From a virus (lineage: Duplodnaviria; Caudoviricetes): 64,000 nt of DNA. A program made the translations under genes and the position numbers. Each line of letters starts with the position of its first letter. Position 1 is the stretch's first letter. The notes under the pieces were generated by a model. It was not told where the DNA came from, made no database searches, and was given only the letters and a program-made list of their open reading frames with translations. This document shows positions 28,001-36,700 of the stretch, in pieces. The stretch lies in the IMG/VR virus record IMGVR_UViG_3300020172_000524, positions 12,652 through 76,651 of that record. One strand, 5' to 3'.

Positions 28001-31000
28001 TCAAGAGTATGTAAACTCTCCTAAGGAAGCAGATGCACAAGGTTTAGTTAGTTTAGATTTTTATCGTAACTATCTTATTGGTCTAGGACAATGGTCTCAG
28101 GAGCAAGAAAATGCCTACTTAAACGAAATAGAAATCTTCAAGATTCTTAACAAGAAAGAAAAGACAGAAGAGGACTATGCTAAGATGCAAGAGTTGAAAG
28201 CTTCTATGAACTACGTAGGTTTCCCTCCACTTAAGTTGGGACACTATGGACCTATTGTAGAAGATCCTAAGCTTACAGCTTTACATAAGTATTCATTAGC
28301 TCCTATGATTCCTTCTATGATTGCAGGAACACAGTTAGAAGAATTGAACAAACAAATGATAGCTAAGCAAATTGACTATGCTACATTTAACTCAGGTTCT
28401 AAAGCTTCTAACTACGGAGATGCTCTAGACTTTTATGTTCCAGACGTAAACAATCAAGGAACTCTTAAAGTAAATCCAAGTATTAAAGGGAACAACGTTA
28501 CTACTCTTCACTTAACTAACCTTAAGCAACAACAGTATATTGCTCCTAAATTTAAGAACGAAGCTACTTTAGCTACTCAGATGGTCAAACTTATCTTTGG
28601 AGATTTTTTTGCTCAAGGTAAATTAACTGACTTAAATGCGAGTACTGCAAAAACTATCTCTGATCTTTACAAAGACTATACAAATGTATTAGGAAATATT
28701 ATTGGAGCAGAAGAAATTAATCTATTTAACAAACTAGGAATAAGCAAAGATGCTCAAGGTAACATTGTAGGCTTTGACAACAAGAAGTTCTATAACTTCC
28801 TAAAAGGAGAGTTAGAAAAGAGAGATACAAGTGCTTCTCTTAAAAGGTATATTCAATTAGATGAAGCTGGTAACATCAAGTATCCACTAGATGCTACCAA
28901 GAACAGAGCAGAGATTGAAAACATCTTACTCTCTATTATTAATAATAAAGTTATCTCTCAGAAACTCCACGGGGAGTCTTATGTACAGATGGCTTCTACA
29001 GCTCAAGGCAATACAAGATTCACTAAACCTACTGAAGAACAAATTAAGAAGTACGGTATTAACGGATTAAGATTCTACCGTAAGGGACCTGATGGTACAG
29101 AACCTGCAGATGTTAAAATTGCATTCAATCCTAAGAAGCATGCAGGTTTACTTAATCTTACATTTAGAGGTAAGAAGATCGGAACTATAGATAACCTAAA
29201 CAAGATCCTTAAATCTAATAACCAAGAAGCTATTGATTGGGTAAACCAACACACTAAAAAACTTAGCTTAGTAGGTGTACGTATTCCTGTACAAGGACTA
29301 AACTCTATGGAGTACTTTAGAGTAAGAGAGTTCTTACCTACTAGTGCAGGTCCTGTAATTGTAGTTCCTTCTCAAATCGTAGTTAAGTCGGGTTCTGACT
29401 TTGACATAGATAAGTTGACTATGTTTGAACCTAAGTTAGATGCTAACGGAGAGATAGTAGGAGATGGAGGATTTGATTTAGGAAAGTACAGAGAGAGCCT
29501 TCCTAGCCAGAAAGAGGCTATGAGGATGCTTAAGACTCTTATTGAAGCTAAGCAAGCTTTATCAGAAGTTCTAGCAGTAACTCCTGTTTATGTAAACAAA
29601 AAACAATTAGAGAAAGAAATCCAAGAGTTAACCGAGTCTATCTCTTCGACAGAAGAAGAGATTGGTAAATTCTCTAACAAAAAAATGAACCTAGAAGAAC
29701 TTCAGGCACTTATGTCTGAGGGATCTAGCGAGAAAGAAAACTTAATTAAAGCTAAGATAGAAGAAGCAAAAGCACTTGCTAAATCAGGTGATCTAGCTGC
29801 ATCTCTTCCAGTACTTAAAGCACTTAAGTCTGAAATCAAAAACTACGTAGAATCAGTTAATGGAGTAAGAAACTTTAAACAGGCTAACGTTAATAAGTTG
29901 ATTGACATCTTTACCTCTGTTCTTTCTATGAAGGAGAACTACGATAAGCTAGTTCTTCCTAATACCAACACTGTATTGACAGAGATCTCTGATAAGCTAA
30001 ATGCTAATCCTATTACTTCTACTGAACTATTTAGTCCTTTGACATCTAACCGTGTATACGGAGACAATATCGAGTCTAAGAAGGCTTTAGGAATTGATGC
30101 TAAGCTTAACACTATGCAGAAAGAGTTTCAGATTGCAGGTCTTGTTTACACAAACGAACTCTCTTTTATGTATCCTTTTTCTGCAAATAAAGTAGGCGAA
30201 GGAATTAGTTTAGGTGAAAAAACTCTTACAGACGGAACTTCTATTTCTCGTGTAATCAGTGAAGCTATTAATGGTCACGTAGATATTGCAAAAGAAGATT
30301 GGATTATCTTGTTAGGATTAGATAAAGCTAAGACTCCTTTATTTCATGCTATGATTCTTGCAGGTACCCCTGTAAAGACTGCCTTAGATTTCTTGAATAA
30401 ACCTGTAGTAAAGTATGTTCTTAAAGAATCTACTAGAGGTCCTTTGTTTCAACAGTTAGGCGGCAGAAGAGGAAGACGTACTGATTTAACTTTTAATGAT
30501 ATTCTACTAGATACTTTTTACGAATTAGATTCCTCAGAAGAAACCTATAGTATAATTCAAGGTTCCATTGTATATAATAATAGTGATAATATTAAAATTA
30601 AGGAAAGTATTTTAAACATAAGATCTTCGGTAGGCTCAATCGAGAACAAAGAAGTTGCTGATAAAGTAAAAGATCTAGTTGATCTTTATATGATTAAACA
30701 ACTACAAGGTTCTATTCAGCAATTGACTAGTCTTGTAGATTACAATACAAAAAGATTCCAGAACTCCTACCAAGTAAAAGCGGATAAGATTACTTTAGGT
30801 AAGATTTATTCTAGTTTTAATAGTGAAGGTTTAAACAAACTAATTAATAAATCTGCTTTATCTAAGTTTAATCAATCTAATAGTATTGAGTCTTTGATGC
30901 CTCAAATATTTGATGTATCTAATCATCCTAGTGTGCTTGATGCTATTACAATTTATTCTAACAGGGCTAGGTTGTTTGTTGAAGAAGACTTAGTAAAAGC

Positions 31001-33215
31001 TTCTAGAAAAGTTAAAGACAATTACTTAGTTGCTATGGTACAACTCTTTGGGGTTGATAACACAGGAACCAAGTTACAAGATAAGTTCTTCTCTAAAGCA
31101 GGATTACTTACTAAGAGCAATCCTAATAACTTAGCTAAGCGTATTGCAGACATCCAAGAGAAGTATAGTGACTTATCTAAGAATCAAGTTTTAGCAAACC
31201 TTTACACAGCTGAGACTAACTCTGATAATGTTATTTTCAAACTTAGGAATGCAAACCTAGATAGTTACTTGATTGGAGAGTATGAGAAAGCATTTATTAC
31301 AGGACTTAATGACGTACGTCCAGACGTACGTGAAGTATTCCAGAATCTTGGCTTAGGAACATTCCTTCAGTTTGGATTTGCTAAAAACTCTTACGGTCTA
31401 TCTCAAATAATTCCTTATGAGACTTATGTAACTCACACAACTCAAGCAGTAGCTAGACTTAAAGAAGGATTACAGGATGAACAGTTTTCAAAGTCTATCT
31501 CTAGGTACATAGGATTAATGACTTACTTCAATGATAGTAAGAATGTTCCTACGTTGGTTTTAAATTCTAAAGTAGCCAACGATGCTTACAATGCAGACTA
31601 TTTAGTTACTGTAGGAAGAGATGCTGATACCCTAGACAGTGCGCTTAGAGATATTGCTAACTTTAAAAGTAAATCTTATACTAACTTTGAGAACATTAAA
31701 TCTAAAGGTAAGTTTAGAGGTCTTCCTATAGAGTTAGTAGATGTTATCCCTACTAAGAAGACTACTCCTGTAGCTATGAGAAATAGAGAGGGTACTATTC
31801 TTATTGATGAGAAAGCGTTCATCCAGAAGTTTAATGATAAAGCTTGGACTGAGCCTGTTAAACAATCAGATGATAGTTTTGCTACTCCATTAGCTTTAGA
31901 TGAATTTCAATCAATAGAAGAGTTCTTGACGTTTGCTCTTATTCATGAAACAAAGCATAACACAGTCAAGAGAGTAGACGGAGAGACTGTTGGGCAATAC
32001 GAAGACAGAGTTAATCAAGCTGCTTTACAAGACTTACGTTATAGTTACCGTAAAGGTCAAGCAATTACAGCAGTTCCTTTTCAACCACTAAACGTACCTA
32101 CTCAACCGTCTACTAGCGTTAATAAATTTGATAAGAAAAATTTATTTACTGTAACTCCTATAAAAACTGCTGATAAAAAAGCAATTATTAAAGCAAGTAT
32201 TGCTACTCAATATATAGGATTTGGTGAAGGTATCCAGGGAAGTTCGACAGAATTATACAGACAACAGGTATTACAACAAACTTTTAAACAAATTCCTAAA
32301 GTAGGAGATGTTGTTACAATGACATTTGAAATAGACTATAAAGATGTTGAAGTAGCAGCTAAAATAACTGCTTTAAAAATTAATCTAGAAGAGTCTATAA
32401 GTAATAAAGGTTTTGCAGTCGATTTAGAAAACATCAAAACAGGTAAAAAATATGAAGTATATGTAGATACAGACGGTTCTATTTCACAGTTTGTAGGTAA
32501 AAAAGGATTAAAAATAGGAACTGATAACTATATAAAAGAGTTTAATATTGATGCTCAAGAGAACAATATTGTAAATTCAGGTAACTACTCAGCTGATGAT
32601 GTTATATTTGTATCTGTTCCAGGTAGAAGAGGTACTGAATTACAACAAAAAACTCAACAAGATAGAACTATTAAAGAAGCTGTTAAAGCTGTGGAAGCTG
32701 GAGCTACTATTCTTACTGATAATAAATCTTATATAGACTCCAATAAATATAATACAGGGGAACAAAGACTTTATAAAAATATGGAGTCTAAAGGTTATAG
32801 CTACTCTGAAATTACAATTGATGGTCAATTAATCGGTACTTGGAGTAAATCTACTCAACCATCTACTGGTGTTAAGGAAGAAGTAGCTGAAACACAAGTA
32901 GCAATCCAACAGAACTTTAACTTAAAGGAGGGATCTAAGGTACAAGTAAATACGAGTGATACTTCTTTTGAAGTAGAGTTAAAGACCTTTAGACAGAGAG
33001 ATAATGTAGTAGAACTTTCTTATGTTAATTCTTTTGGTGTACAGATAGGATATCGGGGAAAAGTTAGAAGTGGTACTTTATATCCTACAGAAATTTTTAA
33101 TCAAAGAAAAGGATGGAGTAAGCTAAGTACAGCTAGTTATGTTGATATTCAATTATCTAATATGCCTTCTTCTCAAGATACTAATCAAACTATAACAGAT
33201 CCATTTAAATGTTAA
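25008..33215 (+). CDS. Virion-packaged two-barrel DNA-dependent RNA polymerase (crAss-like vRNAP) with C-terminal accessory modules
   Basis: Catalytic GSDFDIDK loop preceded by RIPVQG; EADAQG motif; 2735 aa; position in cargo cluster like phi14:2 gp66. Confidence 0.9.
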   Translation: MAKIICPTRENKDFSNLSNAIGSDALARYVWLQHGNLPLNVTEDSEGNIVPNETYKRILNEVADGNENLALDTTSLMYYPSFKEKYAEEDPAFIVDYIKQEAQDKQEKAARRQAQVEEEKIIPGTKTLYIQSPEGDVVYTQEEGKEIFDSLEYLASTKKGWKGVVESLKERVTDIQTKIKNGASDPEVTVTPQELLIGKNLVNLLKHWPQVKAWYLSQDTNFGLELLEDEVDQETGGSVYNKNAHERSQMDLASAEVIKLVQSLPRYNKLTTQDRKDVKEGKKSITDFQVISNLTGFPVVGTFSTNWNVLTSSLSGITKYDKILQELEVVAQEYPQFRDLANMLPKEDIQDADLKTANFVASFVQTVSLPEIGAYQLSIGKRNVGKEVKLTSKVFKLGTRTVDNLIRYFDEDYFKSNPSYGILNDEGKTVLNIPKLLADFRGITDIRRFFADKNNIDSPEGRKLLQGIHKFYNALGIIPSNALYQKDKKALYDFLADTTFEVRELYDKLEASIDDKTVTQPLQFLARPQGSGKQLGPKFDIVNKIVGYYGKFEREFASGSYYNPEDKLQYNRVQYFYLTQVTNALNSVNSYNELISKPEFAHLDFRLNPNILGSVWMERMFGVSLKGKTIGQLKKELDGGKEFPRLKTKFSKEPFKIDIVNYSGLSIDADVKKGVTTTELTAEDKITQDFISFFAGGVVENIRFGDKGTSYATVTSGKIEERMYIPLNSEIMGMPEKPTSVVEQALVAQFKDYLTSEVYRILAINKDTKKHTYNKNGRQLFLFKDMLPKEDYDALTSEDDAVVKEAYGRVVNQLPTYLGNYFAEQTKAYKSRLSDSVLGDTSAIMSSITEEQREEQLVNSINALGFMDPALSKVGLNKNNLDYVIANYLKNDFIHKAEFMKVFVGDIANFQVKGDFREVFKRIPLTSSPGFVFQDNPVVMAHLNNSSGTNGLYKALRGGGRKFGKTVRTVVFNDVNTFSKEDWPTYRAALGLPDTMEYQEYVNSPKEADAQGLVSLDFYRNYLIGLGQWSQEQENAYLNEIEIFKILNKKEKTEEDYAKMQELKASMNYVGFPPLKLGHYGPIVEDPKLTALHKYSLAPMIPSMIAGTQLEELNKQMIAKQIDYATFNSGSKASNYGDALDFYVPDVNNQGTLKVNPSIKGNNVTTLHLTNLKQQQYIAPKFKNEATLATQMVKLIFGDFFAQGKLTDLNASTAKTISDLYKDYTNVLGNIIGAEEINLFNKLGISKDAQGNIVGFDNKKFYNFLKGELEKRDTSASLKRYIQLDEAGNIKYPLDATKNRAEIENILLSIINNKVISQKLHGESYVQMASTAQGNTRFTKPTEEQIKKYGINGLRFYRKGPDGTEPADVKIAFNPKKHAGLLNLTFRGKKIGTIDNLNKILKSNNQEAIDWVNQHTKKLSLVGVRIPVQGLNSMEYFRVREFLPTSAGPVIVVPSQIVVKSGSDFDIDKLTMFEPKLDANGEIVGDGGFDLGKYRESLPSQKEAMRMLKTLIEAKQALSEVLAVTPVYVNKKQLEKEIQELTESISSTEEEIGKFSNKKMNLEELQALMSEGSSEKENLIKAKIEEAKALAKSGDLAASLPVLKALKSEIKNYVESVNGVRNFKQANVNKLIDIFTSVLSMKENYDKLVLPNTNTVLTEISDKLNANPITSTELFSPLTSNRVYGDNIESKKALGIDAKLNTMQKEFQIAGLVYTNELSFMYPFSANKVGEGISLGEKTLTDGTSISRVISEAINGHVDIAKEDWIILLGLDKAKTPLFHAMILAGTPVKTALDFLNKPVVKYVLKESTRGPLFQQLGGRRGRRTDLTFNDILLDTFYELDSSEETYSIIQGSIVYNNSDNIKIKESILNIRSSVGSIENKEVADKVKDLVDLYMIKQLQGSIQQLTSLVDYNTKRFQNSYQVKADKITLGKIYSSFNSEGLNKLINKSALSKFNQSNSIESLMPQIFDVSNHPSVLDAITIYSNRARLFVEEDLVKASRKVKDNYLVAMVQLFGVDNTGTKLQDKFFSKAGLLTKSNPNNLAKRIADIQEKYSDLSKNQVLANLYTAETNSDNVIFKLRNANLDSYLIGEYEKAFITGLNDVRPDVREVFQNLGLGTFLQFGFAKNSYGLSQIIPYETYVTHTTQAVARLKEGLQDEQFSKSISRYIGLMTYFNDSKNVPTLVLNSKVANDAYNADYLVTVGRDADTLDSALRDIANFKSKSYTNFENIKSKGKFRGLPIELVDVIPTKKTTPVAMRNREGTILIDEKAFIQKFNDKAWTEPVKQSDDSFATPLALDEFQSIEEFLTFALIHETKHNTVKRVDGETVGQYEDRVNQAALQDLRYSYRKGQAITAVPFQPLNVPTQPSTSVNKFDKKNLFTVTPIKTADKKAIIKASIATQYIGFGEGIQGSSTELYRQQVLQQTFKQIPKVGDVVTMTFEIDYKDVEVAAKITALKINLEESISNKGFAVDLENIKTGKKYEVYVDTDGSISQFVGKKGLKIGTDNYIKEFNIDAQENNIVNSGNYSADDVIFVSVPGRRGTELQQKTQQDRTIKEAVKAVEAGATILTDNKSYIDSNKYNTGEQRLYKNMESKGYSYSEITIDGQLIGTWSKSTQPSTGVKEEVAETQVAIQQNFNLKEGSKVQVNTSDTSFEVELKTFRQRDNVVELSYVNSFGVQIGYRGKVRSGTLYPTEIFNQRKGWSKLSTASYVDIQLSNMPSSQDTNQTITDPFKC
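32098..32875 (+). repeat. 25-bp imperfect direct repeats (22/25) flanking an in-frame 753-bp module
   Basis: CTACTCAACCGTCTACTAGCGTTAA (32098-32122) vs CTACTCAACCATCTACTGGTGTTAA (32851-32875); both encode TQPST[S/G]V. Confidence 0.7.
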
Positions 33216-33219
33216 ACAC

Positions 33220-33732
33220 ATGGCAAGTTGCGACTTAAAAACAACAAACAGAGAATACATGATATCTACGGGAGCCTTAGAACAAGGTTCTCGTAAGATA
33301 AAAAACGAAGGTCTCTTTGATGTAAAGAATGCAGAGATTAGAGATGCTGCTAATCAACGTTACAATCTAAACACTCAAGAACTTCCTTTCAGTAAAACAG
33401 AAAGAACTATTTCCAGAAGTGAGTATCTTAAAAGAGGGTCTGACTATTTTGTAGAATGGAACTTTAATGATAAGTTCTTTGATGAAGTAACTCCCACAGT
33501 AGAGTTTTATAAGTCTATGGAAGAAAATGAAATAGAAGATGAGATCATACCTACTTATGATCAGTTGCAGATTCCATTCGAAGAGTTAATAGATGAAGAT
33601 GTGATTGTTAAAGACAGTCCTACTAGATCTACTTTTCCTTTTGAAGCTGAAGACTATCTGGAAGATGTTAAGCCAGAAACTAAAGCTAATTTAAATAAAC
33701 TCCAATTCAAAGAACAACAGTGTGGTCTTTGA
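33220..33732 (+). CDS. Small acidic cargo-cluster protein (possible linker)
   Basis: 170 aa between two giant cargo genes; Cys only at residues 4 and 168. Confidence 0.65.
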   Translation: MASCDLKTTNREYMISTGALEQGSRKIKNEGLFDVKNAEIRDAANQRYNLNTQELPFSKTERTISRSEYLKRGSDYFVEWNFNDKFFDEVTPTVEFYKSMEENEIEDEIIPTYDQLQIPFEELIDEDVIVKDSPTRSTFPFEAEDYLEDVKPETKANLNKLQFKEQQCGL

Positions 33733-33733
33733 T

Positions 33734-33741
33734 TATATTTG
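33734..33741 (+). promoter_or_regulatory. -7 promoter element
   Basis: TATATTTG in the 35-nt intergenic gap. Confidence 0.5.
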
Positions 33742-33767
33742 TATATATTCTAACTTAAGATAAAATA

Positions 33768-36700
33768 ATGTCCTGTAAAGCAACTATAAAATCTCCTATT
33801 ACTGGTAAGACAGTTATGTCTACTACTTACTTTCAGTTAACTAATGTGTTTGACAAAGAGAAGGCTGTAGATATTTATAACAGTATGTATACTCCAGCAT
33901 TCCAAGACTTACTTGGGTTTGATTGGACTACAAACAAACAGTATAGAGAAGAGCTTAACTTAAACGGAGAGCCTAAGATTGAGTACCTTAACAAGATACT
34001 TAATTTGGAAATGTCTGATTATCAGATAGATGCGATCAACTCTCAAGAGGATATCTTGACTCAGTTAGATCCTATGCAGAACTTTCCTAGCTACGAAGAA
34101 GCTCAAGTTGTTGCAGCTCAATTTAACTTAAACCCAAGATACAAGAATGTATCTGCAGAAGTAATAAGAACAGATGATGGTTTCAGAGTAGCAGTAGGTG
34201 TTTACAGTATAGCTAGACCAGAAACTAAAGAAACTTTAAGTGCTCTTAACTTTGGAGAGATTATCTCTCAGTTCTTTCCTAGTAGCGATACTAATTGGAA
34301 TGATGTAGTATCAGGATTACTTACTAGCGATCGTATCTCCGATACTCAAAAGACTATCTTATCTAAATTACAAGAATTACAAAACATCAACCCTAGTGTT
34401 AAGCTAGTAGTGTTCGATGATACAGACTCTATGGATGCAGGTCAAGTAGCATTCTATGACAATAACTCACGTACGATCTACATAGGTAAGACTGTAAGTG
34501 AGAGTATGGATGATTCTAAGCTTATTAGAGACATTATCCACGAGTCTATGCATGCTTACACCATTAAGGCTTTGAATGAACCTGTAACAGATCAGGAGAA
34601 GGCATTTAAGGCAGAGATGGAAAAGGCTTACAACTCTTACTTGAAGAAGTTTCCTAACCTAGTTGTTAACTACGGATTTAACAACGTAGAAGAGTTTGTA
34701 AGTGAGGTAGTATCCAACCCAGATTTTAGAGCAGCTTTAATCACACAGCAAGAGTCTCTTAAAGAAGATAAGAACTTCTTAAGAAACATGATAGAGAAGA
34801 TTACAAACTTCTTAAAGGGTTTGTATACTGACGTTCCTAACTTAGAGGAGATTGATTCTACCATCAATAATTATCTAGATCACTTAGTTGAGACTAGAGA
34901 TATGCCTGTTACTCAGGGAGAATATGACTTAAGATTCAGAAATGAAAAGTTTAATCCCAACGGAGTTACAGACTTAGAAAGATTCCCAGAGTTACAGAAG
35001 TTTGTAAACTTCATCAATAAGAACTCTTCTACAAAGATGTGGGGACAGATTACACAATCCCTTAAAGAGATTGACTCTTCTCTTAGAAACACTGGTAGAT
35101 TACAAGAACGTTTCACTAGTATTAATGCTACTAACGCTAAAGATATCTTAGCTAATACTATTAGTTATTTAAATTCAGCTTTATCTACTCTTTCAACTGT
35201 ACAGAATCAACTAGAACTTTACAAGAAGAACGCTTCTGAGTTTGAAGACTTTGCAATCATTAAGACTTTTAACTACGCTAAGAACTTAAGTGGAGTAATC
35301 AAAGACCAGCTTAATGAGTTTGAAAAAGAGTTTAACTCTATCTTTAACGTAGCGGATATAACAGACATGCAAGAGAAAGCTAGCACTATTGAGGCTTTTG
35401 AAATGTCTGTACCTAACTACGAAGAAGTAGTTAGAGAGATTTTAAGCAGTATAGAAGGTACTCGTAAGTTAGCGGACTCTATTGACAGTAACTATAACAA
35501 CGCAGTAATTGCTCCTATTGCTAGAGAGTTGTCTAGTTCTTTTGGAGAGAGTGCAACAATTGAAGGTAAGAAAAGAGTACAAGAACAACTTGCAGCATTA
35601 GTTGCAGCTAAAGCCAAAGCAGACTCTACTGGTAAAACAGCTTTATCTAAAGTTTTAGCTAGAGAGATTGAAGACTTACGACAGTTAGAGAAGTTTATTC
35701 CTACAGCTAAGAACATTGAAGAGCTTCTTAAAAACGATAAGAAGAACGGAAGAGAGACTAGTTTGTTAGGTATGTGGATTAACAATGCAGTTCAAGGTAA
35801 GAATCCTACTGTCCAAATTGTTAAACAGTTTATTGATAAGGCTACTGCAGAAGCTCAGGTAAACTCTGGTAAGTTTAGTAAGCGTGCTCAAGATATCTTT
35901 GATAGACTACGTGCCCTTAGAGGTAAGTTAGCTACTGAGGTAATGACTTACCAAACCTTATATAAAGGTTTTACTAGAGAGGTAGAAGTTTTACATAAAC
36001 AACCAGATGGTTCTTTCAAGAAAGTAAAGCAAGCAATCTTAAACACTAAGTTAAAAGAAGAGGAGTTCCAGAATGATCTTAAGATTCTTTTACAAAGAGA
36101 AGACGATGCTTTAAAGACAGGTAACCAATCTGCTATAGACTCTACCAAAGAAGCTACTAATAAGTTCTTAGAAGAGTATGCTATGCGTCCTTACACAGAC
36201 GAATACTATAAGATTCAAGGCTTACTTACAGAAGAAGCTAAGCAAGCAAGAGAAGAGATCTTATCAGAGATTAGTTTCTTATCAGAAGATCCTAATCCTG
36301 AGGAAGGAACTAAAGACGAGATCAAAAGACTCTTAACTGAGTTTAATCGCTTAGGTTCTCTTTACTATTCTAATGGAGATGAGAAGCCAGCAGGAAGTAA
36401 AGAAAGAAGAATAGCTGAATCTATTATGGCTTGGAAGAAGGAAAGAAACAATCGAGATGTTTTAACCTACGACAACCTAACTAAGAGAAAACAGTGGCAG
36501 ATCCAAAAGAATGAGATAGATGAACAGTACTCTAAAATTTTAAAAAGAAAGAATGCTTCAGATATTTCTATGTCTATGGCAGGATTTGCAGAAGTGGCAG
36601 ACGAGAATCTGGCAGAACAGAATGAAAATATCACTAAAGAGTTTGAAGAAGCTAAGAAAGTAAGAGATCAGTGGTACGAGGAGAATACAAAAACAGAAAT

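Noticed and set aside
24945-33776. Split-intein trans-splicing as the explanation for the terminal Cys
   Set aside because: No Hint-domain blocks or His-Asn ends; Cys positions do not match splice junctions
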